DNA of 64,000 nucleotides from the NCBI GenBank assembly GCA_036574205.1, contig JAINCQ010000020.1, positions 26,840 to 90,839 on the forward strand, written 5' to 3'. The notes below the pieces were generated by a model. That model saw nothing but the letters and a program-made list of their open reading frames with translations. It had not been told where the DNA came from and ran no database searches. The translations under genes were made by a program, and so were the position numbers. The stretch is from Elusimicrobiota bacterium. GTDB lineage: Bacteria > Elusimicrobiota > Elusimicrobia > Elusimicrobiales > UBA9959. Positions 39,051-49,164 of the stretch are shown one piece after another (position 1 is the stretch's first letter; every line of letters starts with the position of its first letter).

Positions 39051-40262
39051 ATGTTATTTGAATTAACTGAAAACCAGAAAGAAATACAGAAGTTATCTAG
39101 AGATTTTGCTCATAACATACTCAAACCTCTTTCATATGAATATGATGAAAAAGAAGAGTTTCCAGAGGTTTTGTTCAAGCAATATAAAGACTCAGGTTTC
39201 TACTCTATAATCTATCCTGAAATTTATGGTGGTATAAATGGAGGTCTTACCGGACTTTGCATATGTATTGAGGAGCTTTCTAAAATTGACGGATCTTTAA
39301 CACTTTTACCAGCCACACATGCTCTTGGTGCAATTCCACTTATACTCTTTGCAAATGATAGCCAGAGGGAAAAACTTTTTCCACTTTTTGCCTCAGGACA
39401 GAAAATAGTAGCATTTGCTTTAACAGAACCTCAATCCGGTTCAGATGCAACTTCCATAACCACAGCAGCGAAAAAAGACGGAGATTATTATATTATTAAT
39501 GGGATGAAACACTTTTGCTCTTCCGGAAATATATCAGATATATATGTCATATTTGCCAAGACAGCACCTGAAAAAGGAGCAAGAGGTATTAGCTGTTTTT
39601 TTGTAGATAAAAACACCGAAGGTTTTAAAATAGGGAAAAAAGAAAAGAAACTTGGAATAAGGTCAAATCCAACCACAGAAATATATCTTGAAAATGTCAG
39701 GGTTCCAAAAGAAAATCTGATTGGAAAGGAAGGATTTGGAATATTTATTCTACAGGAGACTTTTGATTATTCAAGACCAGGTGTTGCGGCCCAGGCAATT
39801 GGTATGGCAGAAGGAGCTTTAGATATTACAATTAAATACCTTAAAGAAAGAAAACAATTTGGTCAATCAGTTTTGTCATTTCAGGGCGTTTCTCATAAAA
39901 TTGCAGAACTTGCTACAAAGCTTGAAGCCGCAAGGGCTTTTTTATATTCAATAGTTAAAAAAATGGATGAAACATATATTCCAGCTTTTGAAAATGCTAT
40001 TAAAAACAAAACTCCTTTAAGAGATGAAATTAAAAAACTTTCCCCAACCAGATGGACTAAATATTCTGCTATGATAAAACTTTATGCAAGTGATGTTGCT
40101 TTTGAAATATGTCAGGAGTGTGTTACTCTGTGTGGAGGGATTGGTTATATGAGGGACTTTGGACTTGAAAAATTTATGAGAGATGCAAAAGTCACACAAA
40201 TATATGAAGGTGCAAATAACATTCAAAAAAATGAGATAGCTCTTGCTTTAACCAAAGAATAA
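39051..40262 (+). CDS. Acyl-CoA dehydrogenase
   Basis: FALTEPQSGSD, RKQFG, GGIGY, RDAKVTQIYEG. Confidence 0.93.
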   Translation: MLFELTENQKEIQKLSRDFAHNILKPLSYEYDEKEEFPEVLFKQYKDSGFYSIIYPEIYGGINGGLTGLCICIEELSKIDGSLTLLPATHALGAIPLILFANDSQREKLFPLFASGQKIVAFALTEPQSGSDATSITTAAKKDGDYYIINGMKHFCSSGNISDIYVIFAKTAPEKGARGISCFFVDKNTEGFKIGKKEKKLGIRSNPTTEIYLENVRVPKENLIGKEGFGIFILQETFDYSRPGVAAQAIGMAEGALDITIKYLKERKQFGQSVLSFQGVSHKIAELATKLEAARAFLYSIVKKMDETYIPAFENAIKNKTPLRDEIKKLSPTRWTKYSAMIKLYASDVAFEICQECVTLCGGIGYMRDFGLEKFMRDAKVTQIYEGANNIQKNEIALALTKE

Positions 40263-40358
40263 AATAATCTTCATATTAGTAATAATCCACTACCTAAATA
40301 AGAGGAAAAATTTAAGGGAGTTAACTTTAAACTTCAAAGAGATATATTAAAATCTTTT

Positions 40359-40958
40359 TCAAAATCCATTTTCTTTTAAAAAATCCAGTGTTATTTTTTT
40401 TTCTTCTTTGTTTAGATATTTAGCAATTATATCAAATTCTATGTTTACAAAATCGCCTGTTTTTAAAAATTTTAAATTTGTTTTTTCATAAGTATGAGGA
40501 ATTACCGCTACATCAAATATATTGCTTCTTAAATTAAATGGAGTAAGACTTATTCCATTTATGGCTATTGAACCTTTTTCAGCTAAATATTTAAAATCTG
40601 AAACCTTAAAGCTAAAAACATATGAATCACTTTGTTTTTCTATATTATAAATCCTGCCAAGTTCATCAATATGCCCGCTCAAGATATGACCACCTATTCT
40701 ATCTCCAAGCTTTAATGCTCTTTCCATATTAACATATAATCCTGGCTTCAAATATTTAAAATTTGTCCTTTGATAAGTCTCGGGGCTTATATCAAATAGT
40801 ATTTTTTTAGTATCAAAATCACTAACTGTAAGGCAGACCCCATTTATGCTAATGCTCTCTCCATCTTTAAGATCTTTGTAATGATTTTCAACAGTTATCT
40901 TTCTATCAGTTAATTTTATTATTCTTGAGATTTGTTCAACTATTCCGGTAAACATCAC
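40359..40958 (-). CDS. ribE: Riboflavin synthase (alpha)
   Basis: MFTGIVE, GVCLTV, GGHILSGHID, GISLT. Confidence 0.95.
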   Translation of the reverse strand: MMFTGIVEQISRIIKLTDRKITVENHYKDLKDGESISINGVCLTVSDFDTKKILFDISPETYQRTNFKYLKPGLYVNMERALKLGDRIGGHILSGHIDELGRIYNIEKQSDSYVFSFKVSDFKYLAEKGSIAINGISLTPFNLRSNIFDVAVIPHTYEKTNLKFLKTGDFVNIEFDIIAKYLNKEEKKITLDFLKENGF

Positions 40959-42034
40959 TCCCTCTCATAAACTGCCATGATATCATCATCTAAAATTTTA
41001 TACTTTTTTAAAACAAGTTTTAAGCCCAAATTATTATTTTTAGTTTTTAAGATAAAATTAAAACCTTCAATTCCATCTTTTCCTATCAAAAGAGGGGCAA
41101 AAAAAACAATAAGTCTATCAAATAGATTGTGCTTTATGAAACTTCCGACGGTTTTTCCACCTCCCTCCACTAATATATGTCTAATTCCTCTGTTATATAA
41201 CGTTTTTATTAATTTTTTCAAATTAAGTTCTTTTTTAAATTTCATATTTATAATTTCAACATTAAAAGGATATTTATTGGACTTTACCTCGGAAATTATA
41301 TAAATCTTTCTTTCTTTAATTTTAAAAATCCTTGAATTTAATGGAGTTTTCAATTCTCTATCTATTATGCAGATATCAGGATTTTTTCTGTAATTGCAAT
41401 ATCTTATATTTAATAATGGATCATCTTTAATTATGGTATTAACACCCACCAAAATACAATCAGACTCTGCTCTAAAATAATGAGAGTACTGTCTTGATTT
41501 TTCTGAGGTTATCCATTTTGCATTATAGCTTTTATTTGCTATTTTTGAGTCAATTGATGTCCCAAGTTTAAGAGTGATATAAGGAAGATTTTCTTGCATA
41601 TTTTTAAAAAATGGTTTGTTTAATTCTATGGATTCTTCTTCTAAAATACCATACTCCACTTCAATATTATTTTTTTTAAATAATTCGATAGATTTTCCAG
41701 TATTTAAAGGATTGGGATCTAAAGTTGAAAATACAACTTTTTTTATTTTTGATTTTATTATCAAATCAGTACAGGGGGGGGTTTTACCATAAGTAGAGCA
41801 AGGTTCAAGACTCACATATATTGTAGAGTTTTTTAATTGCTGGGGAGAAAGTTTTTTTATGGCGTTTACTTCAGCATGTGATTTTCCAAACTCCTTATGA
41901 TATCCTTTTGATAGGATTTTGCCGTCTTTTACTATTACAGCTCCAACCTTTGGATTTGGATGAACAAAAACCCCGCCTTTTTTAGCTTCCTCAATGGAAA
42001 GTTTTATAAATTTTTCATCTTCATTTATACTCAT
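40955..42034 (-). CDS. ribD: Riboflavin biosynthesis deaminase/reductase
   Basis: PNPKVG, HAE, LEPC...PPC, VEGG. Confidence 0.95.
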   Translation of the reverse strand: MSINEDEKFIKLSIEEAKKGGVFVHPNPKVGAVIVKDGKILSKGYHKEFGKSHAEVNAIKKLSPQQLKNSTIYVSLEPCSTYGKTPPCTDLIIKSKIKKVVFSTLDPNPLNTGKSIELFKKNNIEVEYGILEEESIELNKPFFKNMQENLPYITLKLGTSIDSKIANKSYNAKWITSEKSRQYSHYFRAESDCILVGVNTIIKDDPLLNIRYCNYRKNPDICIIDRELKTPLNSRIFKIKERKIYIISEVKSNKYPFNVEIINMKFKKELNLKKLIKTLYNRGIRHILVEGGGKTVGSFIKHNLFDRLIVFFAPLLIGKDGIEGFNFILKTKNNNLGLKLVLKKYKILDDDIMAVYERE

Positions 42035-42056
42035 TGGAAGTTTTTATAGATTTTTG

Positions 42057-42518
42057 TTATTTTATTTGATCAAACAAGTTTGCCATCTCAAGTGCGGTCA
42101 TTGCTGCATCAAAGCCCTTGTTGCCTTGCTTTGTCCCGGCTCTTTCTATAGCCTGTTCAATATTGTCTGCAGTTATTATTCCAAAAGCAACCGGGATTTC
42201 TTTATCAACTGAAACCATCGCTATTCCTTTGGCAGTTTCAGATGCTATATAATCAAAATGAGGGGTATCACCTTTTATTATAGCACCGAGAGCAATTATA
42301 GCATCATAATTTTTGCTGGTTAATTTTTTTACTGTTACAGGAATTTCAAAAGCCCCGGGTACCCAGAAAATATCTACTTTATTTTCCTCAACTTCATGTC
42401 TTTTAAGGCAATCAATAGCGCCATCAAGAAGTCTATTTGAAAGCAAACTATTGAATCTTGAAACTACTATGGCAAACCTTTTTCCGCGTCCACTAAGCTT
42501 ACCTTCTATATTTTTCAT
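42057..42518 (-). CDS. ribH: Lumazine synthase
   Basis: [22 protein letters not shown]. Confidence 0.97.
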   Translation of the reverse strand: MKNIEGKLSGRGKRFAIVVSRFNSLLSNRLLDGAIDCLKRHEVEENKVDIFWVPGAFEIPVTVKKLTSKNYDAIIALGAIIKGDTPHFDYIASETAKGIAMVSVDKEIPVAFGIITADNIEQAIERAGTKQGNKGFDAAMTALEMANLFDQIK

Positions 42519-42527
42519 ATTTCCTCC

Positions 42528-43727
42528 TTATAACAAATGACCTAATTTAAATTTTTTTGTAATCAAATATTTTTTATTATATATATTAGGTTGAATCTTT
42601 ATTGGCATCCTGTCAATTATTTCTATGCCGTAAGCTTTAAGTCCTATTATCTTCTTAGGGTTGTTAGTCATTATAATCATTTTCTTTATGCCAATATCCG
42701 AAAGTATTTGAGCTCCGATTCCATAATCTCTAAGGTCTGGCTTAAATCCTAATTTTTTATTAGCCTCAACTGTATCATATCCTTTTTCCTGAAGATGATA
42801 TGCTCTAATTTTGTTTCCAAGCCCTATACCTCGCCCTTCCTGCCTCATATAAAGTAAAACCCCAGCATTTGCTTTGCTTATAATCTTAAGCGCTTTTTCA
42901 AGCTGATAACCACAATCACATTTAAGCGAGCCAAAAACATCTCCGGTTAAACACTCTGAATGAACCCTAACAAGGACCCTGTCATCTTTCCTTATCTTAC
43001 CCTTTATTAAAGCTGTATGTTCCACACCTGTAAGTTTTTCTCTATAAACCCTGATTTCAAACTCTCCGTATTTTGTAGGAAGATTTGCTTTTGAAACAAA
43101 TTCTATAAGAGTTTCTTTTTTTCTTCTATACTCTATTATTTTTTCTATGGATGTTATCTTTAAATTATGTTTTTTTGCAAAATCAATCAAATCATTAAGC
43201 CTTGCCATCCTACCATCATCCTTCATTATCTCACAAATAACAGCAACAGGAGGTAAGGATGCCAGTTTCATCAAATCAATAGCAGCCTCGGTATGTCCAG
43301 CTCTGACAAGAACACCACCTTCTCTGGCAAGAAGGGGAAATATGTGCCCTGGCTTTGTAAAATCTCGAGCTTTTGATTTGGGATTCGAAATAGCTTTTAT
43401 TGTCTTGGCTCTGTCAGCTGCAGATATTCCAGTTGTAACACCTTTTCTGGCATCAACGCTTATAAGCCAGTTCGTTTTATATGGATCAGAATTTACTTTA
43501 TCCATTGGATAAAGATCCAGCCTTTTGGCTATATTTTTATCAATTGGTACACAGATAAGTCCTCTTGCATATTTAAGTATGAAGTTTACGTTTTCAGGAT
43601 TTGCAAATTTAGCTGATAATATTACATCACCCTCATTTTCCCTTGACTCATCATCAACAACTATAACCATCCTACCTTTTTTAATATCTTCTACTGTTTC
43701 AATAACACTGTTAAGAGTTTTCTCCAT
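42528..43727 (-). CDS. ribBA: Bifunctional DHBP synthase / GTP cyclohydrolase II
   Basis: DDESRENEGD, RAGHTEA, RVHSECLTGD, CDCG, QEGRGIGL. Confidence 0.97.
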   Translation of the reverse strand: MEKTLNSVIETVEDIKKGRMVIVVDDESRENEGDVILSAKFANPENVNFILKYARGLICVPIDKNIAKRLDLYPMDKVNSDPYKTNWLISVDARKGVTTGISAADRAKTIKAISNPKSKARDFTKPGHIFPLLAREGGVLVRAGHTEAAIDLMKLASLPPVAVICEIMKDDGRMARLNDLIDFAKKHNLKITSIEKIIEYRRKKETLIEFVSKANLPTKYGEFEIRVYREKLTGVEHTALIKGKIRKDDRVLVRVHSECLTGDVFGSLKCDCGYQLEKALKIISKANAGVLLYMRQEGRGIGLGNKIRAYHLQEKGYDTVEANKKLGFKPDLRDYGIGAQILSDIGIKKMIIMTNNPKKIIGLKAYGIEIIDRMPIKIQPNIYNKKYLITKKFKLGHLL

Positions 43728-43771
43728 AGATATATTATATTAAAAGAAAAAGATATGTTAAAATGATTTTT

Positions 43772-45928
43772 ATGACAAAAAGAAAAAGGCAAAACGAATC
43801 TATTCAAATCAAATCAAATGAAGATTTATTTAAAAAGAAAAACATTATAGCTTTTTTCTTCCTTATTATCATCTCATATTTTACACTCAAAACATATTTT
43901 TTGAGATTTCCCATTAATATAGAAGCTTTTATTTCTTCATTAAACCCGTTTGAATACCTAACATTAAATATTTATAAAACTGCCTATTATAATCTAAAAG
44001 AAATTTCTAAAATGATCCTTTTACTATTATCTATTTTAGGATGGGGAAATATTGCGATAAAAATATCAAAAATAAATGAAGATACAAAAGAAAACCTTAT
44101 CCTTAAATATGCTCTGGGACTATGCATCATATCAGCATTTTCTATGTTAACAGGTTTTTTAGGATTAATAAAGACTACTCTATATATAGGCTTTCTTACA
44201 ACAGGCATTTTTATCTGGTTTTATTATTTCATCAAATCAGGGTATAAAATTAAAACATCATTCAAAACAGATATAATTTCTAATAAGATATTCTTCATTA
44301 TTTTTTTGATTATTGTCGTTATAAATTTAGTTCAATCCCTTGCTCCGGAAATATTCTATGATACTCTCGTATATCACCTTGGAGTGCCAAAATGGTGGTT
44401 CCTCGAAGGGAAGATAAAGGATATGCAATACAATATCTACAGTAAACTGACCTTAAATCATTCGGTTATATATCTTTTTTCTCTTGTAAATTTTGGAGAA
44501 CAGACTCCGCTTCTGGCAAATTTTCTCACTTCAATATTTTGTTTTATAGCAATAGGATGGGGATTTAGAAAATATATCACGGAAAAAACCTCGCTTACTG
44601 CAGCAATTATTTTTTATTCAATATTTCATGTCTCTCAATCATCTCAATCTGCTACAAGCGATATTATAGCAGCTTTTTTTATCATTATCTCTTTTTATTC
44701 CATGATAAAATACACTGAAACAGGCAGGAAAATATGGCTTATCTATACAGGACTTTTTTGTGGATTGGCTTTTGGAACTAAATATAACACCGCATTTATA
44801 ATAATAGCCATATTTTTAATCAATATTTATAAACAAATAAAAGAAAAAAGACTTTCTTTTAAACAAACACTAATTGAAACCCTTCTGTTCTCAGCATTTT
44901 TCTCTGTTTTTACATTTCCATGGTTAGTTAAAAATTTTTTAAACTATTCAAATCCCTTATTTCCTTTTGCGTATTCAATCTTTAACAAAAATCTCTCTTC
45001 TATAGACACAGATAAAATAAATGGACTTATGCTTGAAATAAAACAGTTTCAAAAGTTTGATTTTATATCATGGATTAAGCATCCTTTTCTTATTTCAACA
45101 GGACAGATTCCAAACTCCGAATTTTTTACTCCATTATTTATGCTTGTTCTTCCTCTTGGATTATTCAACAAAAAAAGAAAAGAGTTTTTAGCTTATCTCT
45201 GGCTTACCTTTGGCTTTTCCTGGTTTATGTGGTCTTTTAGTTCTACAACAATAAGACACCTTTTTTCTTCATATTTTGCTGCTTCTATTATAGCCGCATA
45301 TTACATAAATGAAGCTTTTTATGGGATTACTCAAAAAATGCTTAAATTTCTTTTTTACCTTATACTGATATCAACTATATACTGGCTGATATTATCTATG
45401 AAAAACGAAGGCAGATATCTTGTGGTCACAGGAGTTATATCAAAGGATGAATATCTTTCCGTTTCTCATCCAAGATATCCAAATCCATCTTATGCGGTTT
45501 ATAAATATATAAACGAAAATCTTAAAACTTCCGATAGAATTTTAATAATAGGTGATTCAAAAACATTCTATCTTGATAGACGTTTTGAAGCAAGCTCAGT
45601 CTTTGACCGAAATCTTTTAATAGATACTGTTATAACCTCGAAAAAACCGCAGGATATATATTTAAAATTAAAAGAAAAAGGGATAACACATATTCTTCTA
45701 AATGTAAATGAGGCTTTCAGGACAAATAAGGGTTATAACATCTTCTACTGGGAACCTGGCGAAATATCAAAGTTTCACGATTTTTTCAATAAACATCTTT
45801 CTATAGAAAAAGACTATGAAAAAATAGCTGATGGAAGATATCTGGAAAAAGTTATTCTTTATAGGCTTGTAGAGAATAATCAAAATCCATCCGTAGATTA
45901 TATATCACAAATATCAAACTTGAAATAG
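43772..45928 (+). CDS. Polytopic membrane protein, GT-C (PMT/ArnT-like) glycosyltransferase fold
   Basis: Many TM helices, loop motif PEIFYDTLVYHL, GTKYN, NPLFPF; start 43772 preferred over 43763 because the -10 box overlaps 43763. Confidence 0.65.
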   Translation: MTKRKRQNESIQIKSNEDLFKKKNIIAFFFLIIISYFTLKTYFLRFPINIEAFISSLNPFEYLTLNIYKTAYYNLKEISKMILLLLSILGWGNIAIKISKINEDTKENLILKYALGLCIISAFSMLTGFLGLIKTTLYIGFLTTGIFIWFYYFIKSGYKIKTSFKTDIISNKIFFIIFLIIVVINLVQSLAPEIFYDTLVYHLGVPKWWFLEGKIKDMQYNIYSKLTLNHSVIYLFSLVNFGEQTPLLANFLTSIFCFIAIGWGFRKYITEKTSLTAAIIFYSIFHVSQSSQSATSDIIAAFFIIISFYSMIKYTETGRKIWLIYTGLFCGLAFGTKYNTAFIIIAIFLINIYKQIKEKRLSFKQTLIETLLFSAFFSVFTFPWLVKNFLNYSNPLFPFAYSIFNKNLSSIDTDKINGLMLEIKQFQKFDFISWIKHPFLISTGQIPNSEFFTPLFMLVLPLGLFNKKRKEFLAYLWLTFGFSWFMWSFSSTTIRHLFSSYFAASIIAAYYINEAFYGITQKMLKFLFYLILISTIYWLILSMKNEGRYLVVTGVISKDEYLSVSHPRYPNPSYAVYKYINENLKTSDRILIIGDSKTFYLDRRFEASSVFDRNLLIDTVITSKKPQDIYLKLKEKGITHILLNVNEAFRTNKGYNIFYWEPGEISKFHDFFNKHLSIEKDYEKIADGRYLEKVILYRLVENNQNPSVDYISQISNLK

Positions 45929-45959
45929 TTTGCTTAAAAATTTGATATCATATAAAAGT

Positions 45960-47366
45960 ATGGAAAAATTATATTCTTTATCCCCAATAGATGGAAGATA
46001 TCATTTAAAGGTTGATGAGTTAAGAGATTATTTCTCTGAACTTTCTTTAATAAATCACAGAATATACGTTGAATGTGAATATTTTATATTTCTAATTCAT
46101 TATCTTCATTCAAAAAAGAAATTAGATAAAAACCTTTCTAAGAAAGAAATAGATGAGATAAGAGAAATTTATAAATATAAAGACAAAAATGCTTTTGAGG
46201 TAAAAAAAATAGAATTTTTAGGTGATAAGAATATAAAACCAACGAATCATGATGTTAAAGCAGTTGAATATTATTTGAAAAAAAATTTTTCAAAAAAGAT
46301 AAAAAACAATATAGAGTTTGTACATTTTGGCCTGACATCTGAAGATGTAAACAATATATCTTACTCAATAATGATATCCAGATTTATAAAAGAAATATAC
46401 CTTCCACAAATAGGATTGTTACTTAATTCATTAAGCAAATTTATAAATAAATATTATGCAGCTCCCTTTCCGGCAAGAACTCATGGGCAGATCGCATCTT
46501 CTACAACCTTTGGCAAGGAAATAAAAGTCTTCTACGAAAGAATAAGAAGGAAAAGAAACCTTATTAAAAATGATGTGTTAAGTGTCAAATTAAATGGCGC
46601 GGTAGGGAATTACAATTCTTTTTTTGCAGCATATCCAGAGATAAACTGGATAGACTTTACAAAAAAATTTATCAGATACCTAAGTCATAACCTTAAAATT
46701 GAATTAAAAACCAATTTATTTACAACCCAGATTGAAAATCATGATTCATGGGTTGAGTTATTTGACGATATAAAACACATGAATAGTATCTTGATTGGTT
46801 TTTCACAGGATATATGGAGATACATAAGTGACGAGTTTCTGTGTTTAAAGCCAGTTGATGGAGAAGTTGGCTCATCAACAATGCCCCACAAGATAAATCC
46901 AATTAACTTTGAAAACGCCGAGGGAAATTTTCAAATTGCAAATTCTTTATTTGAACTTTTTTCAGCCAAGCTCCCGATATCAAGGCTTCAAAGAGATCTT
47001 ACAGATTCAACTGTTGAAAGAAATATAGGAGTCGCTTTTGCTCATACTATAATAGCAGTTAAGTCTTTAATTGAAGGGTTATCAAAGATAGATTTAGATG
47101 AGGCAAAAGCATTAAAGATTATTAAATCTCATCCAGAAGTATATTCAGAAGCAATTCAAACTATATTAAGAAAATACGGTTTTAAAGAAGCCTATGAAGA
47201 ATTAAAAAAATTGACAAGAGGCAATAAGGTTACTGAAAAAGAACTGGAAAACTTTGTTGAAAAATTGAATATCACAGAAAAAGCAAAAAAAGAGATAAAA
47301 TATGTTCTATTAAAGCCTTACACTGGAATAGCGGATAAATTAGCTATCTACAAGACGGAGGAATAA
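45960..47366 (+). CDS. purB: Adenylosuccinate lyase
   Basis: SPIDGRY, TNHDVKAVEY, HFGLTSED, RTHGQ, GSSTMPHKINP. Confidence 0.96.
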   Translation: MEKLYSLSPIDGRYHLKVDELRDYFSELSLINHRIYVECEYFIFLIHYLHSKKKLDKNLSKKEIDEIREIYKYKDKNAFEVKKIEFLGDKNIKPTNHDVKAVEYYLKKNFSKKIKNNIEFVHFGLTSEDVNNISYSIMISRFIKEIYLPQIGLLLNSLSKFINKYYAAPFPARTHGQIASSTTFGKEIKVFYERIRRKRNLIKNDVLSVKLNGAVGNYNSFFAAYPEINWIDFTKKFIRYLSHNLKIELKTNLFTTQIENHDSWVELFDDIKHMNSILIGFSQDIWRYISDEFLCLKPVDGEVGSSTMPHKINPINFENAEGNFQIANSLFELFSAKLPISRLQRDLTDSTVERNIGVAFAHTIIAVKSLIEGLSKIDLDEAKALKIIKSHPEVYSEAIQTILRKYGFKEAYEELKKLTRGNKVTEKELENFVEKLNITEKAKKEIKYVLLKPYTGIADKLAIYKTEE

Positions 47367-48379
47367 TGGTGGATGTTATAGTTGGTTTACAGGGTGGAGA
47401 TGAAGGAAAAGGCAAAATAGCGGCATATCTTGCTATCAAAGATAAATATGATTATTGTGTAAAAGTTGGCGGTCCAAATGCTGGACATACGGTTTTTTAT
47501 AAAGGAAAAATATTTCCTCTTAAATCAATTCCTGCGGGGTTTGTAAACCAAAAAACAAAACTTGTTTTATCATCTGGAACTTATATACTGATGGAATGGC
47601 TGTTAAGAGAGATAAAGGAAACTGAAACCGAAGAAAGAATAATCATAGATCCAAATTGCGTTGTAATAACAGAAGAGCAAAGAAATATTGAAAGGAATAA
47701 TTCGCATTTAATGAATTCCATAGGAAGTGTTGGAACCGGTCTTGGGATAGCGATAAAAGACAGAATAGAAAGGAAAAAGATAAAATTTGCCAAAGATTTC
47801 AAAGAATTAAAAAAGTATATAAAAGATATTCCTCATTTATTAAACACTGAATTATCAAAGGGGAAAAAGATTCTTATAGAAGGGACTCAAGGATTTAAGC
47901 TTTCCCTTCTACACGGAGAATATCCATTTACTACATCAAGAGATACAACTGCTTCCACATTCTTGGGAGAAGTTGGTCTGGGGCCCAAATATGTAAAGGA
48001 CGTATATGGAGTCATTAAACCATATGTTTCAAGGGTTGGTCCGGGCCCGCTTGAGAAAGAAATAAAAGACCCGGTAAAACTTGAAAAATATCACAATCAA
48101 GGAAGAGAGATAGGGAGTGTAAGTAAAAGACTGAGAAGAATTGGTGAGTTTGAATTTGAGAATACAAAAAAAGCAATAATGATAAATTCAGCTACTAAAC
48201 TAGCAGTTACACATTTTGATCTTTTAACCGGTCCTATTAAGAAATTATCTGAGATAAAAGCAAAAGAAGCTAAAAAATTTTTAAAAGTTATTGAAAAATT
48301 ATCTGAAACATATCCATATCCCCAGCTTACTATCATATCTGTTGGACCAAATACTGAGGATGTCATAGATTTAAGATGA
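47366..48379 (+). CDS. purA: Adenylosuccinate synthetase, short (archaeal-type) form
   Basis: GDEGKGK, GGPNAGHT, EGTQG, YPFTTSRD; only 337 aa. Confidence 0.9.
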   Translation: MVDVIVGLQGGDEGKGKIAAYLAIKDKYDYCVKVGGPNAGHTVFYKGKIFPLKSIPAGFVNQKTKLVLSSGTYILMEWLLREIKETETEERIIIDPNCVVITEEQRNIERNNSHLMNSIGSVGTGLGIAIKDRIERKKIKFAKDFKELKKYIKDIPHLLNTELSKGKKILIEGTQGFKLSLLHGEYPFTTSRDTTASTFLGEVGLGPKYVKDVYGVIKPYVSRVGPGPLEKEIKDPVKLEKYHNQGREIGSVSKRLRRIGEFEFENTKKAIMINSATKLAVTHFDLLTGPIKKLSEIKAKEAKKFLKVIEKLSETYPYPQLTIISVGPNTEDVIDLR

Positions 48380-49164
48380 TAATAATAGTTTGCGTCAAAG
48401 GCATACCAGAAGAAGAAAATATAAAATTTGATGAGAGGGGTAATCTCATAAGAAAAAAGGAAAGTTTTATTATAAATCCCCCAGATAATTATGCTCTTGA
48501 GCATGCTCTTATGTTAAAAGATCTGCATAATTTCAATGTAATAACACTTACAATGGGACCGCTTGATTTAGGGGAAGATTTGATTAGATATACAATAGCG
48601 AAAGGATCTGATGATGGATATATATTGTCAAGCCAGTCGCTTAAAGGAGCGGATGCCTACATAACTTCTTTGATGCTTTCTAAAGCTATCAAAAAAATAG
48701 TCGCTGACAATTCTTTCATGGTCTTTTGCGGTGTTAAATCAAATGATGGGGAAACAGGAATTGTTCCTGCTCAAATAGCAGAACGGCTTTCTATCCCTGT
48801 CATAATAGGAGCAAAAAAAGCAAGATATGAAAATGGTAAAATCCTCGCTTCAATTTCATCAGGCAATACTATAACTGAATATCAAGCTTCTCCAAATTGC
48901 CTTATTTCTTTTGAAATATCTATTGAAACTAAAATAAGAGTCATCTCTTTAAAAAACAAAATAAAGTCTCGTTCTTTTATACCTAAAAAGTTAAGTTTAG
49001 AGAATATCGGGGTGCTGGATTTGAATTTTGACGCTATGTCAGAAAGTCCAACTGAGGTAATAAAAATAGATAAAAATCAGAAAACAACCTCAAGGAGCAC
49101 AAAAGAAATAAATATTGAGGATGCAAATGAAATAAAAGAAATAAAAAAGATTATATATGAATAA
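48376..49164 (+). CDS. etfB: Electron transfer flavoprotein beta subunit
   Basis: IIVCVK, INPPD, TMGP, GADAYIT, DGETGIVP. Confidence 0.88.
   Translation: MIIIVCVKGIPEEENIKFDERGNLIRKKESFIINPPDNYALEHALMLKDLHNFNVITLTMGPLDLGEDLIRYTIAKGSDDGYILSSQSLKGADAYITSLMLSKAIKKIVADNSFMVFCGVKSNDGETGIVPAQIAERLSIPVIIGAKKARYENGKILASISSGNTITEYQASPNCLISFEISIETKIRVISLKNKIKSRSFIPKKLSLENIGVLDLNFDAMSESPTEVIKIDKNQKTTSRSTKEINIEDANEIKEIKKIIYE

Noticed and set aside
47366..48379. PurZ (2-aminoadenine pathway)
   Set aside because: It retains the PurA catalytic Asp in GDEGKG, where PurZ has Ser; it is adjacent to purB and has no phage context
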